Assembly: GCA_965199495.1 (NCBI GenBank)
Contig: CBDASK010000003.1
Location: 3,808,001 to 3,872,000, forward strand
Source: Abditibacterium sp.
GTDB lineage: Bacteria; Armatimonadota; Abditibacteriia; Abditibacteriales; Abditibacteriaceae
Reading direction: 5' to 3'
DNA: 64,000 bases
Position numbers and translations under genes: made by a program
Notes under the pieces: generated by a model
What the model saw: only the letters and a program-made list of their open reading frames with translations
Told to the model about the DNA's origin: nothing
Databases searched by the model: none
Part shown: positions 29,962 through 39,567 of the stretch, piece by piece
Numbering within the stretch: the first letter of the stretch is position 1
Layout of the letters: the number at the start of each line of letters is the position of its first letter

Positions 29962-31368
29962 ATGTCTTTCATCCATGCCGATTTTCTGCTGCAAACTCAA
30001 GCCGCGCACCGACTGTTTCACGATTACGCGCAAGCCGAGCCGATTCTCGATTACCATAATCATCTGCCGCCGCGCGACATTGCCAATGACCGTCAATTCG
30101 CCAATTTGCACGAGATTTGGCTCGAAGGCGATCATTACAAATGGCGCGCAATGAGAGCGGCGGGCGTAGATGAAGAGTTCATCACCGGAGCAGCCACGCC
30201 GCGCGACAAGTTCATGGCGTGGGCGCGCGTCGTGCCTAAAACCTTGCGCAATCCGCTTTATCATTGGACGCATTTGGAACTCAAACGCTATTTTGATATT
30301 GACGAGTTACTGGACGAAAATAGCGCGCAACGCATCTGGGACAACGCCAACGAACAGTTGGCGTTGCCCGAAAATAGCGCGCGTGGTCTACTCAAAAAGT
30401 TCGATGTGCGCGCGCTTTGCACGACTGATGATCCCGCCGATGATTTAAATTATCATCGTCAAATCGCCGATTCAGATTGCGAAACGCGGGTTTATCCGAC
30501 GTTTCGGCCCGACAAATCAATGGCGATTGATGATTACGAATCGCTCAAAACTTGGATGGCGAAGTTGGGACAAACTTGTGGGCGCGAAGTCAAAAATTTC
30601 GCGGATATAATTGATGCGCTGGAAAAGCGTCACGACGATTTTCACGCGATTGGCGGACGATTATCTGATCATGGTTTAACGCATTTGCCGACGCAATTCG
30701 CCGACGAACGCGACGCCGAAAACACGTTCTGGAACGCGGAATATAGCGGCCCAAGCCGCGAAGAACGCGAACGTTTCACCGGATTCATGATGCAGTTTTT
30801 CGGCGAGTTGGACGCGAAAAAAGGTTGGACGAAACAGTTGCATCTGGGCGCGCGCCGCAACAACAACGCCGCGATGTTCGAGCGGTTGGGTGCCGATACC
30901 GGTTACGATTCGATTGGCGATTGGCCGCAAATCGAAGGTTTGGGCGCCTACTTCAGCAAACTCAGCGAGAACGATTTGTTGCCGCAAACTATCGTTTACA
31001 ACTTAAATCCCGCCGATAATTACGCCGTGGCTACCATGCTGGGCAACTTCGCGGGCGGCGGCAAAGCGGGCAAAATGCAAATGGGTTCGGGCTGGTGGTT
31101 TTTGGATCAAAAAGAAGCGATGGAATGGCAAATCAACGCGTTATCGAACGTCGGATTGTTGTCGCAATTCGTCGGAATGCTAACCGATTCGCGCTCGTTT
31201 ATGAGCTTTCCTCGCCACGAATATTTCCGCCGCGTCTTGTGCAATTTGGTCGGGCGCGACATGGAAGATGGACTTTTGCCCGGTGATTACGAGTTGGTCG
31301 GCGGCATGATTCGTAACATTTGTTATGCCAATGCGCGCGATTATTTGGGATTGGAAGTAGGGAGTTAA
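29962..31368 (+). CDS. uxaC: Glucuronate isomerase
   Basis: DYHNHL, GDHYKWRAMR, NPLYHWTHLEL, TTDDP, WWFLD, GMLTDSRSFMS, RHEYFRR. Confidence 0.97.
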   Translation: MSFIHADFLLQTQAAHRLFHDYAQAEPILDYHNHLPPRDIANDRQFANLHEIWLEGDHYKWRAMRAAGVDEEFITGAATPRDKFMAWARVVPKTLRNPLYHWTHLELKRYFDIDELLDENSAQRIWDNANEQLALPENSARGLLKKFDVRALCTTDDPADDLNYHRQIADSDCETRVYPTFRPDKSMAIDDYESLKTWMAKLGQTCGREVKNFADIIDALEKRHDDFHAIGGRLSDHGLTHLPTQFADERDAENTFWNAEYSGPSREERERFTGFMMQFFGELDAKKGWTKQLHLGARRNNNAAMFERLGADTGYDSIGDWPQIEGLGAYFSKLSENDLLPQTIVYNLNPADNYAVATMLGNFAGGGKAGKMQMGSGWWFLDQKEAMEWQINALSNVGLLSQFVGMLTDSRSFMSFPRHEYFRRVLCNLVGRDMEDGLLPGDYELVGGMIRNICYANARDYLGLEVGS

Positions 31369-31397
31369 TGTTGGTTAAACTTTAAAGCAGAAATCAA

Positions 31398-31706
31398 ATG
31401 TCAACTCTTCAAATTTCTCTGCCAGACGAACTGCAAGCGTGGATCGAAAGCGAAGCGCGTGGGCGTGGCTACTCCGATGCGAGCGAATTCGTCGGCGTTT
31501 TGCTACGCGAAGTCAAAACACAACGCGAAGTGCAAAGCGAAAAATTAACCGATGAAGAAATGTTGGGCGGGCGCACCGAAGCCGAATTAGCGGCTTTGCT
31601 CAACGAAGGTTTGGCGAGCAAGTCGGAAGTCGCCGATGCGCAGTGGTGGGACGACTTGCGCACTGAATTAGCGGCGAAGTTGGAACAACGGGAAGCCGCA
31701 GTATGA
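31398..31706 (+). CDS. ParD-like ribbon-helix-helix antitoxin
   Basis: LQISLPDELQAWI..GYSDASEFV..L; acidic tail with EGLAS; ATGA overlap with the toxin gene. Confidence 0.85.
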   Translation: MSTLQISLPDELQAWIESEARGRGYSDASEFVGVLLREVKTQREVQSEKLTDEEMLGGRTEAELAALLNEGLASKSEVADAQWWDDLRTELAAKLEQREAAV

Positions 31707-32065
31707 GCCGTTTGGATGCGCCTTTGCCCGGATTGCTCTTCCGTAAAGGCGCGCGCCGCGATTTGGCGGAAGAATTCGAGGCGATTGCTCGAAACAATCG
31801 GCAACGCGCGTGGCGTTTTGTTGATGCTGTTGAAGAAACGGCGGCTCTGCTGCTCGAATTTCCCCATTTAGGTTCGCCGCGCGATTTTTCCGACGTGCCC
31901 ATCCGCGAATTGCGAATGTTTCCTGTTCAAAATTTCAAGATGTATTTGATTTGGTATCATCCGCTCGCGTCGGGCGACGGCATTGAAATCGTGCGCGTTT
32001 TGTATCACCGGCGCGATGCGCCAACCTTATTGACCGACGACGAAACGACTGGCGAATCGCCCTAA
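31703..32065 (+). CDS. RelE/ParE-family toxin
   Basis: ARRDL..IARNN..A..F..LLEFPHLG..R..LR..YLIWY..IEIVRVLYHRRD. Confidence 0.88.
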   Translation: MSRLDAPLPGLLFRKGARRDLAEEFEAIARNNRQRAWRFVDAVEETAALLLEFPHLGSPRDFSDVPIRELRMFPVQNFKMYLIWYHPLASGDGIEIVRVLYHRRDAPTLLTDDETTGESP

Positions 32066-32114
32066 ACTTCATCCTGCCGCATTCATCACCGCACCTTCAC
32101 CGCCGCCCTCATCA

Positions 32115-35100
32115 ATGCACTTATCCAAACTTCAACTTCACGGATTTAAATCGTTCGCCGACGACACTACGCTCGAATTTGGCGCGGGCATCACCGCCGT
32201 CGTCGGGCCGAATGGGTCAGGCAAATCGAATATCGTGGACGGCATTTTGTGGGCGCTGGGCGAACGTTCGCACAAAGCCCTGCGCGGCCACGCCGCCACC
32301 GATGTAATTTTTAATGGCGCCGCCTCGCGTAAACCGACCGGTTTGGCCGAAGTTTCGTTGTTCTTCGATAACGCGGATGGCGTTTTGTCGATTGGTTTGA
32401 AGGAAGTTCAAGTCACTCGGCGCATTTTCCGCGATGGCGATAACGAATATCGGCTGGGCGGCTCGAAGTGCCGGTTGCGCGATGTAACCGATTTATTTCT
32501 CGATACCGGCGTTGGGCCGGACGCCGGTTGCATTATCTCGCAGGGCGAAATCGACGCGATTTTAAGCGCCCGCGCCGAAGATCGGCGCGGTTTAATCGAA
32601 GGCGCGGCGGGCATCCAGAAATATCATTCGCGCCGCACGGAAACGCGGCGGCGATTAGACAAAGTTTCCATAGATTTGACGCGCATCGGCGATATTACGT
32701 CCGAATTGGAAAAGCAGGTCGGGCCATTGGCGCAGCAAGCCGAAATCGCGCGCGAATACGATCATTTGGTCGCGCGTTTGAAATCGTTGCAACTCGGCGT
32801 TTTGGGCCGCGATTATGGTGCGCGCAAAGCGAAATTGGATGCCAGTAAATCGGCGCACACCGAAACCATCGTATTGGTGGACGAAGCGCGTTTGGAAATC
32901 GAAAATTTTGAGCGCTTGGAAACTTTGACTTCGCGGCGATTACGCGAATTGGAAGCGCAAGTCGAAACGTTGTCGGGGCAATTAACAGAAAGCGTTTCGC
33001 AATTGAAATCGACCGAAGGCCAAATCGCCGTCGCGCGCGAGCGCCGGCGCGCATTGAGCGAGCAGGGCGAATATCAGGCGCGCGAAATCGGGCATTTGCG
33101 CGCGCGCGTGACGGCGACGCGCGAACAGATTACCACGACGCAAACCGCGATTAAAAACGCGGGCCAAGAGAACTCCGGCCTCAACGTGGCTGCTGCTCAG
33201 GCCGAAAGCAAATTGGGCGAAGCCAACGCGCGTTTATCGGAAGCCGCACGCGAATTGCAAATCGTGCAAAACGGCGTAATCGAAACGCTGCGCGCCGGAC
33301 AGAAACGCCGCGAAGCGATTGCGACCGCGCGCGCCGAAGCTACAGGTTTGGAAAACCGTCTGCGCGAATTGGAACAATTGGGCAAAGGCGGCGGCGAAGA
33401 GATCGAATCTTTGCGCGAAACTCACAATGTCGCGGCGAAAACTTTGGGCGAGCTGCGCGCCCAAATCGCCGACGAAAGCGCGCAAACGGCGGCGCGCGAG
33501 GCGTTGAACGCGGCGCGTGCGGCGGCGAAAAACGCCGCCGAAACTCTGCGCGATGCGCGCGAAAGTCGCGCGAAAATGGCGTCGCGCGCGGCGGCGTTGC
33601 GCGAGTTGGAAGAAAACCTGGAAGGTTTCGCCGGAGGCACGCGCGCGGTTTTAGCCGCCGTCCAAAAAGGCGTTTTGCCCGACGAATATACGCCGGTTGC
33701 CGACGCGATTCGGGCGCCGCAAGAGTTGGAACTCGCCATCGAAATCGCGCTGGGCGCAGGCGTGAATAACTTGATTTGCCCCGACAACGGCGCCGCCAAA
33801 ACCGCGATTGAATTTCTCAAACGCCGCAGCGCCGGACGCGCGACTTTTCTGCCGCTCGATTCATTGCGCAATTCCGGTTTGGGCAACCGCACGCTCGATG
33901 TTTTGAACGACAACGCGGTGCGCGGTTTGGCGTCGGAATTGGTCGAATGCGACGATTATTTTGGCAAAGCGGTGGATTATTTGTTGGGCCGTATTGTCAT
34001 CGTCGAAACGCTGGAAGACGCCACGCGATTGGCGCGGCGCTGCGACAACGGCGCGCGTTTGGTGACTTTGGAAGGCGAACTGGTTTTGGCGGGTGGCGCG
34101 ATAACCGGCGGCGCGGGCAAAGGGCGTGGAAGCGGATTATTGAAGCGCAAACGCGAATTGGACGAATTTGAGGCGCAACTGGCCGATTTGCAGTCGCGCA
34201 TTGATACAGCCACGTCCGACGTGGCTGCATCGAACGAAGCGATTGCCGCGCGCGAAAACGAGTTGCGAATCGCGGGCGAAAATCACAACGAATTGCGGCG
34301 TCAGGGCGCGCGCCAAGAACGCGAAGTCGAAGGTTTGGAGCGCGAAATTCGCAAAATGGGCGGGCAACGCGAAGCCATCGAAAGCCAGATGCGCGCGGCG
34401 CGCGCGCAACTCGAAACCAAATTGGCGGCGCGCGACGTTGAAATCGGCGAGGCGGATTTGGATGACGCGAAATCGAAAGAACTCGAAAGTGCCGTCGAAG
34501 GCGCGCGCGCGGTTGTCGGCACGCGGCAATCCGAAAAAGACGCCATTGCTGCCGAAGTTTCGGATGTGCGCGCGCAGTTTGGTGCGGCGCAGGAACGTTT
34601 GAACGCGATGCGGCGCGAAGTTGGCGAACTCGAACGCGGAATCAAAGAAGCCGAATCGCAAATCAAAGCGAAACAGAGCCAGTTCGACCGCGCCGAAATC
34701 GAAGACGCCGAAATCGTGCGCGCCGAAATCGAAATGGTGGCGAAATTGGAAGAATTGACGCAACGCCGCGCCGATTTGGAATTCGCCACGCGCAAAGCGC
34801 GCGAAGAGCGCGGCGCGGCATTGGAAAAGTTGGAAGAAGTCGGCGCCGGACTAAAATTAGCGCGCCAAAAATTGCACGGCGCCGAAGACGAACTACACAA
34901 AATCGAAGTGCGCATCGCCTCGACAGAAGCCGAAATCGCCGACATGGAACGCCGCTTTCGCGATGAATTTACGCTCGTTCCGGCGTCGGTCGTCGAATGT
35001 CTGGAACACGGCGCGCCCCTTCGCGCGTTCGTGCCGGTTGTTGAGGAAATTGAAGTCGAAGAACACGAATCTGACGGAGAAGAAATCGTCGAAGTTGTAA

Positions 35101-35918
35101 AACCCGAAGATCCAAAAGCGTTGCGAACTCCCGAAGAAGAGTTGGAAATGTTGTTGGCTGAACCCGAAATCGATGCGCCAAAAGCGCCCGCGTTTCCTCT
35201 CGATTTTTTCTTGCGCGACGAGAACTTCGACCGGCGCGGCGCGGGACGCGAAATCGAAGAATTGACGCGCAAAGTGAGCGGACTGGGCCGCGTGAATACC
35301 GGCGCCATTGCGCAATACGAAGCGGTCAAAGAGCGGCTCGATTTTCTGCTTGAACAGCGCGCCGATTTGGAAACCGCGCGCGACGAACTCCATGCGATTA
35401 TGACCGAAATTGATGGGCGCATGAAATCGCAGTTTTTGGAAACTTTTACCGCGATTCGCGAGGCTTTTGCTGAGACTTTTTCGCGCGTTTTCGGCGGTGG
35501 CAAAACGCATCTGTCGCTGACCGATCCGGAAAATTTGCTCGAAACTGGCATCGAACTGCGCGTGCAAATGCCCGGCAAAGCGGCGCAAGATATTTCGCTC
35601 CTTTCGGGTGGCGAACGGGCCTTGACGGCGCTTTCATTCATGATGGCGATTCTGCGCGTGCGCCCGGCGCCGTTCGTGATTTTGGACGAAGTGGACGCGC
35701 CTCTGGATCAATCGAACGTCGGGCGCTTCACCGATTTGCTGCGCGAATTCACCGATACGACGCAGTTCATCGTGATTACGCACAACAACGGCACAATGCA
35801 AGCCGCCGACGTTTTGTATGGCGTCACGCAACAAGAGCAGGGCGTCTCGACGTTGATGAGCGTGCGATTGGCCGAAGAATCCGAAATGCAACGCGAGAAC
35901 GTTTTGGCAGTGGCGTAA
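32115..35918 (+). CDS. smc: Chromosome segregation protein SMC
   Basis: GFKSFA, GPNGSGKSN, hinge GRATFLPL, LGRVN, LSGGE, LDEVDAPLD, QFIVITH. Confidence 0.97.
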   Translation: MHLSKLQLHGFKSFADDTTLEFGAGITAVVGPNGSGKSNIVDGILWALGERSHKALRGHAATDVIFNGAASRKPTGLAEVSLFFDNADGVLSIGLKEVQVTRRIFRDGDNEYRLGGSKCRLRDVTDLFLDTGVGPDAGCIISQGEIDAILSARAEDRRGLIEGAAGIQKYHSRRTETRRRLDKVSIDLTRIGDITSELEKQVGPLAQQAEIAREYDHLVARLKSLQLGVLGRDYGARKAKLDASKSAHTETIVLVDEARLEIENFERLETLTSRRLRELEAQVETLSGQLTESVSQLKSTEGQIAVARERRRALSEQGEYQAREIGHLRARVTATREQITTTQTAIKNAGQENSGLNVAAAQAESKLGEANARLSEAARELQIVQNGVIETLRAGQKRREAIATARAEATGLENRLRELEQLGKGGGEEIESLRETHNVAAKTLGELRAQIADESAQTAAREALNAARAAAKNAAETLRDARESRAKMASRAAALRELEENLEGFAGGTRAVLAAVQKGVLPDEYTPVADAIRAPQELELAIEIALGAGVNNLICPDNGAAKTAIEFLKRRSAGRATFLPLDSLRNSGLGNRTLDVLNDNAVRGLASELVECDDYFGKAVDYLLGRIVIVETLEDATRLARRCDNGARLVTLEGELVLAGGAITGGAGKGRGSGLLKRKRELDEFEAQLADLQSRIDTATSDVAASNEAIAARENELRIAGENHNELRRQGARQEREVEGLEREIRKMGGQREAIESQMRAARAQLETKLAARDVEIGEADLDDAKSKELESAVEGARAVVGTRQSEKDAIAAEVSDVRAQFGAAQERLNAMRREVGELERGIKEAESQIKAKQSQFDRAEIEDAEIVRAEIEMVAKLEELTQRRADLEFATRKAREERGAALEKLEEVGAGLKLARQKLHGAEDELHKIEVRIASTEAEIADMERRFRDEFTLVPASVVECLEHGAPLRAFVPVVEEIEVEEHESDGEEIVEVVKPEDPKALRTPEEELEMLLAEPEIDAPKAPAFPLDFFLRDENFDRRGAGREIEELTRKVSGLGRVNTGAIAQYEAVKERLDFLLEQRADLETARDELHAIMTEIDGRMKSQFLETFTAIREAFAETFSRVFGGGKTHLSLTDPENLLETGIELRVQMPGKAAQDISLLSGGERALTALSFMMAILRVRPAPFVILDEVDAPLDQSNVGRFTDLLREFTDTTQFIVITHNNGTMQAADVLYGVTQQEQGVSTLMSVRLAEESEMQRENVLAVA

Positions 35919-35921
35919 AAA

Positions 35922-36017
35922 GTAGAGACACCGATTTATCGTGTCTAAAACGTAAACGAACCCGCTAACTTTAGCAAAGGCTTTAACGTTTTAGACACGA
36001 CAAGTCGGTGTCTCTAC
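35922..36017. repeat. GTAG-type REP doublet (REPIN-like)
   Basis: GTAGAGACACCGATTTATCGTGTCTAAAACGT ... ACGTTTTAGACACGACAAGTCGGTGTCTCTAC. Confidence 0.9.
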
Positions 36018-36034
36018 GGGGTTAAAGAAAACTA

Positions 36035-37471
36035 TTACTTCGGCAAAAACTTCAACGCCTTCTGCGCTAAATCCGACGCCAATAATTCCTGATAATACGC
36101 GTTGCCCGCTTTATGAACGATTTCTGAGAGCGTCGGGTAGGGAAACATGGCTTCGCCGAATTCGCTGATTAACGCGCCTTCGCGCACGGGAATAATCAGC
36201 GAACCAATCAATTCGCCCGCGTGCGCGCCGATGATATGCGCGCCGACGATGCGGCCACTGCCCGTCGTAATGATGCGCGCGAAACCGCTGGTTTCGCCCT
36301 CAATAATCGCGCGATCTAATTCGCTAAATGGGATATGCCAGGCGCGCGCGCTTTCGCCCCATTCCCGTTTCGCTTGCGCCAAAGTCTGCCCCAGATGCGC
36401 GACTTCGGGATCGGTAAATGTGACCCACGACAAACCGCGACTGTCCAACTTTTGCGCGAGCGGCGCGGGCAAAACCGCGTTGGCTCCAGCGATTTTGCCC
36501 TGATTTTCGGCGACGTGCGTGAAATACGGCCCGCCCGTCGCATCGCCGCACGCCCACACGTTGTTGGCGGAAGTGCGCAAATGCGCATCAACGCCGATGC
36601 CTTTTTTGTCGGCTTTAACGCCAATTTTTTCTAAGCCCAGATTCTCGAAAACCGGAATTTTGCCAATCGAAACCACGATTTCGCCCGCGCTCACGCTTTG
36701 GCCTTTTTCGTCGGGCGTATCGAACCAAACTTTCTTGCGATCATCACTTTCTTCGGCGCGCGTGGCTGTTGCGTTGAGATGAATCGTGATGCCTTCGGCG
36801 CGCAATAATTTCAGCATCAGCGCCGAAACTTCCGGTTCTTCTTTTTCCAAAATGCGTTCGCCGCGCTGTAAAACCGTGACGCGCGCGCCGAAACGCGAAA
36901 ACGCCTGCGCCATTTCAATCGAAACTGGCCCGCCGCCGATGAAAATCAGCGATTTCGGCAAATTCGGTTTGTCGAATAATCCGTCGGGCGCAATAAATCC
37001 GACTTCTTCCAATCCGTCAATTTCGGCCACGCGCGGCGTCGAACCTGTCGCCAAAACGAACTTTTTCGCGGTGAATTTTTGAACGCCGTTTTTGCTTTCG
37101 ATTTCGAGCGTATTGGAATCCAAAAAGCGCGCGCGTCCGCTCAACGTTTGCACGCCCGATTTTTTGAGTGCCTCGCGTTCGGTGGCCTTAATTTCGTCGC
37201 GCACATCGGCCAATCTTAATTTAACTGCCGACCAAATCAGACGCGGTTTTTCGAGATGAACACCAAATTCGGCGGCACCTTTGACGGTGTAAAACACACG
37301 CGCGCTTTTCAATAAAGTTTTCGATGGCACGCAGCCACGCCACAGACACTCGCCGCCGACTTTATCGGCTTCGATGAGAGTGGCGCGCGCGCCCAGCGAA
37401 GCAGCCACGGCGGACGACACGAGGCCAGCAGTTCCGCCGCCAATTACGGCGACATCGGTATCAAATTGCAT
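36035..37471 (-). CDS. Class I pyridine nucleotide-disulfide oxidoreductase (Lpd/MerA-like)
   Basis: GGGTAG, GGECLWRGCVPSK redox Cys pair, WACGD, FTDPEVA, YPTLSE. Confidence 0.9.
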   Translation of the reverse strand: MQFDTDVAVIGGGTAGLVSSAVAASLGARATLIEADKVGGECLWRGCVPSKTLLKSARVFYTVKGAAEFGVHLEKPRLIWSAVKLRLADVRDEIKATEREALKKSGVQTLSGRARFLDSNTLEIESKNGVQKFTAKKFVLATGSTPRVAEIDGLEEVGFIAPDGLFDKPNLPKSLIFIGGGPVSIEMAQAFSRFGARVTVLQRGERILEKEEPEVSALMLKLLRAEGITIHLNATATRAEESDDRKKVWFDTPDEKGQSVSAGEIVVSIGKIPVFENLGLEKIGVKADKKGIGVDAHLRTSANNVWACGDATGGPYFTHVAENQGKIAGANAVLPAPLAQKLDSRGLSWVTFTDPEVAHLGQTLAQAKREWGESARAWHIPFSELDRAIIEGETSGFARIITTGSGRIVGAHIIGAHAGELIGSLIIPVREGALISEFGEAMFPYPTLSEIVHKAGNAYYQELLASDLAQKALKFLPK

Positions 37472-37493
37472 TGGGAATAGTTAAACACTACAC

Positions 37494-37611
37494 GCCACAA
37501 AGAACACAAATGAAATTGAATCAACGGAGACCGGTCTAAAATTCTAAAAAATCTTTGGAGAATTATCTTCGTTAATTCAATCTCATTTGCCTTCTTCGTG
37601 TTCTTTGTGGC
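37494..37611. repeat. Inverted element with CCACAAAG/CACAGAG-type arms, copy A
   Basis: GCCACAAAGAACAC ... GTGTTCTTTGTGGC around an AT-rich spacer. Confidence 0.75.
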
Positions 37612-38756
37612 TAAAAATTTTGTCCGAACGCGCTCGCATAACCCGTCATTTCGAGATAGCCAACGCCGCTCAAGGCGCGCCCATTTTTTGTGCCGCGCGC
37701 TGTGACGCTGCCTTCCCAATACGCCAAATTCGCGCCCGTGCGCGAGGGCCGCAATTCTTGATTGGAAACGCTCGGCGTCACGATTAAATTCATCTTTTCG
37801 CGCGGCAACGCAATGCGCCATTTCGCCGGGTAAGTCGCGCCCGTAGCGGGCGAATTCCAACGCGAAAGCGGCGTCAATTGAAATTCGGACAATTTCAAAT
37901 GGCGCGCTACGCCATTTTTCTCGATCAAAGTGCCCGACGAATACGGCTCGGTTTTGCCGTTTTTAAGTCGCAACCGGTAAACCATCAATTCGCGGCCATC
38001 GTTAAATTGCAAAGCGAACCAATCCCAGCCGACCTGACTTTTATCCATCTGATTCGAGCCGTATTCGTGATCGAACCAACTTTGCCCCGTCACGCTCAAT
38101 CTTTCGTTGCCAACGACTAAAGTCCCTGACGTTACGAGCCGCGTATAAGAATAATAATGCGAAGCGCGCCCGCGTCCCGCCGATTTTTGCGAAACGCCGT
38201 TTTCTCCTTGAATTACCGGTGGCTTAAGCGCGCTTTGATGGAGATTGAGCGCGAAACTCTGGCCGTTTGTCGCCGTCGCGTCGCTGAGGCCGTGCGCACG
38301 AATCGTTTGATTTTCGCCGCTCTTGCCGTCGAATTTCAAAACCCAATCGCCGCACCAAATACGCGGAGATTTGCTATTGAAATCGGCGCCGTTCAAACCT
38401 AAATTGGCGCGCCCGATGCGGTCGGTGAAATAAAATTTGCGCCCGTTTTCGTCGGTCAGTGCGAAGTGCGCGAACATCAAATCGCGCGCGGCCCACTTCG
38501 ATTGGCGATGGATTTCGGGCGCCAACGCGGTGCGAAACCACGTCAATTGATAACCGAATTTGCGGCCATCTTTGGTTTTTAAATGGCCGGTATAATACCA
38601 CCATTCGGTCGCATAAGCCGGATGCGAATTGTGATCGCGCGGAAACGCAAACGTGTAGGGCGGCACAGCCAATTTGAACTGCGCGGCGGCGTGGCTGCTT
38701 GTTGGCCCGCATAATGGCATCAGCAAAAGACAAAGAAAAACCCGAAACGCTCGCAT
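37611..38756 (-). CDS. AttH/CrtC-like lipocalin-domain secreted protein
   Basis: FPRDH..HP..TEWWYYTG, GYQLTWFR, SHYYSYTR, WFDHE, GWDWF, YWEG, GYLEMTGY. Confidence 0.9.
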   Translation of the reverse strand: MRAFRVFLCLLLMPLCGPTSSHAAAQFKLAVPPYTFAFPRDHNSHPAYATEWWYYTGHLKTKDGRKFGYQLTWFRTALAPEIHRQSKWAARDLMFAHFALTDENGRKFYFTDRIGRANLGLNGADFNSKSPRIWCGDWVLKFDGKSGENQTIRAHGLSDATATNGQSFALNLHQSALKPPVIQGENGVSQKSAGRGRASHYYSYTRLVTSGTLVVGNERLSVTGQSWFDHEYGSNQMDKSQVGWDWFALQFNDGRELMVYRLRLKNGKTEPYSSGTLIEKNGVARHLKLSEFQLTPLSRWNSPATGATYPAKWRIALPREKMNLIVTPSVSNQELRPSRTGANLAYWEGSVTARGTKNGRALSGVGYLEMTGYASAFGQNF

Positions 38757-38815
38757 AATAGCCGGGCGTTTCGGGTGGGTTTGTGGTTCCTGCACAATGA
38801 AGTTAAAAGATTTTA

Positions 38816-39055
38816 CTATTCGCCTTGCAGCCATTTCGAGCAGGTGTCGTGCTCAAACATCGTTCTACCACAATAAACCGATTCGCGGTTAGTGCAATGG
38901 CCCCAATCGTCGTCTGTGCGCGCAAATTTGCGGCAATCTCCGCATTGCTCGGCATGAAAATGCGTTTTCTCGTCGTTAGTGTTGACGGGACGATTGCATC
39001 GGTCACACCAAATAACGAATAAATTGCCGGTTTGTGGATTGATTTTTCTGGCCAT
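38816..39055 (-). CDS. Small Cys-rich putative zinc-binding protein (DUF3027-like)
   Basis: CDRC..QCGDC..DWGHCTN..CGR..FEHDTC. Confidence 0.65.
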   Translation of the reverse strand: MARKINPQTGNLFVIWCDRCNRPVNTNDEKTHFHAEQCGDCRKFARTDDDWGHCTNRESVYCGRTMFEHDTCSKWLQGE

Positions 39056-39057
39056 TG

Positions 39058-39417
39058 TTAATGCGATAACTGTTCGATTTTCGCCAGCAATTCTTGCGGC
39101 AAAATCGGTTTGTGCAACAGCAAATCGGCGCCCGCTTCGTCGGCTTTTTCCGAGGCTTCGTTGTCGCCATAAGCCGTGAACATCACGATGGGAACATCGC
39201 TGCCGCCATCGAGATCGCGGATCGCTTTGACCGCGTCGAAACCGTTCATTTCTGGCATCTCGACATCCATGATAATCGCGTCGAACTTCTCTTCGGTCGC
39301 CGCCTCGACGGCCTCGCGCCCATTAGCCGCCAGACGCGTCGAGTGGCCCTGAATTCCAAAGGCCAATTGGAAAACATCGCGCGTGTCGGGCAAATCATCA
39401 ACAAATAAAATCCGCAT
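39058..39417 (-). CDS. Single-domain response regulator (CheY-like)
   Basis: ILFVDD, IMDVEMPEMNG, FTA, KP. Confidence 0.92.
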   Translation of the reverse strand: MRILFVDDLPDTRDVFQLAFGIQGHSTRLAANGREAVEAATEEKFDAIIMDVEMPEMNGFDAVKAIRDLDGGSDVPIVMFTAYGDNEASEKADEAGADLLLHKPILPQELLAKIEQLSH

Positions 39418-39466
39418 AATCTTACAAAGTGTGCATTGAACTTGCAAAAGCCGTTCCCGCTTGGGG

Positions 39467-39562
39467 AAGGGACAAGTGGCAAGGGACAAGGAGCAAGGAG
39501 ATATTTGCTTAAAGTTGTCGCGCTTTCAAACCTTGTCCCCTGTTCCTTGCCACTTGTCCCTT
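39467..39562. repeat. Inverted element with heptamer-tandem arms, copy C
   Basis: AGGGACA AGTGGCA AGGGACA AGGAGCA ... TGTCCCC TGTTCCT TGCCACT TGTCCCT. Confidence 0.85.
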
Positions 39563-39567
39563 TGAAT

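Noticed and set aside
36035..37471. Mercuric reductase merA or true lpdA
   Set aside because: No C-terminal Cys-Cys pair or mer genes, and the Lpd HPTxxE histidine is replaced by Tyr; left as a family-level call.
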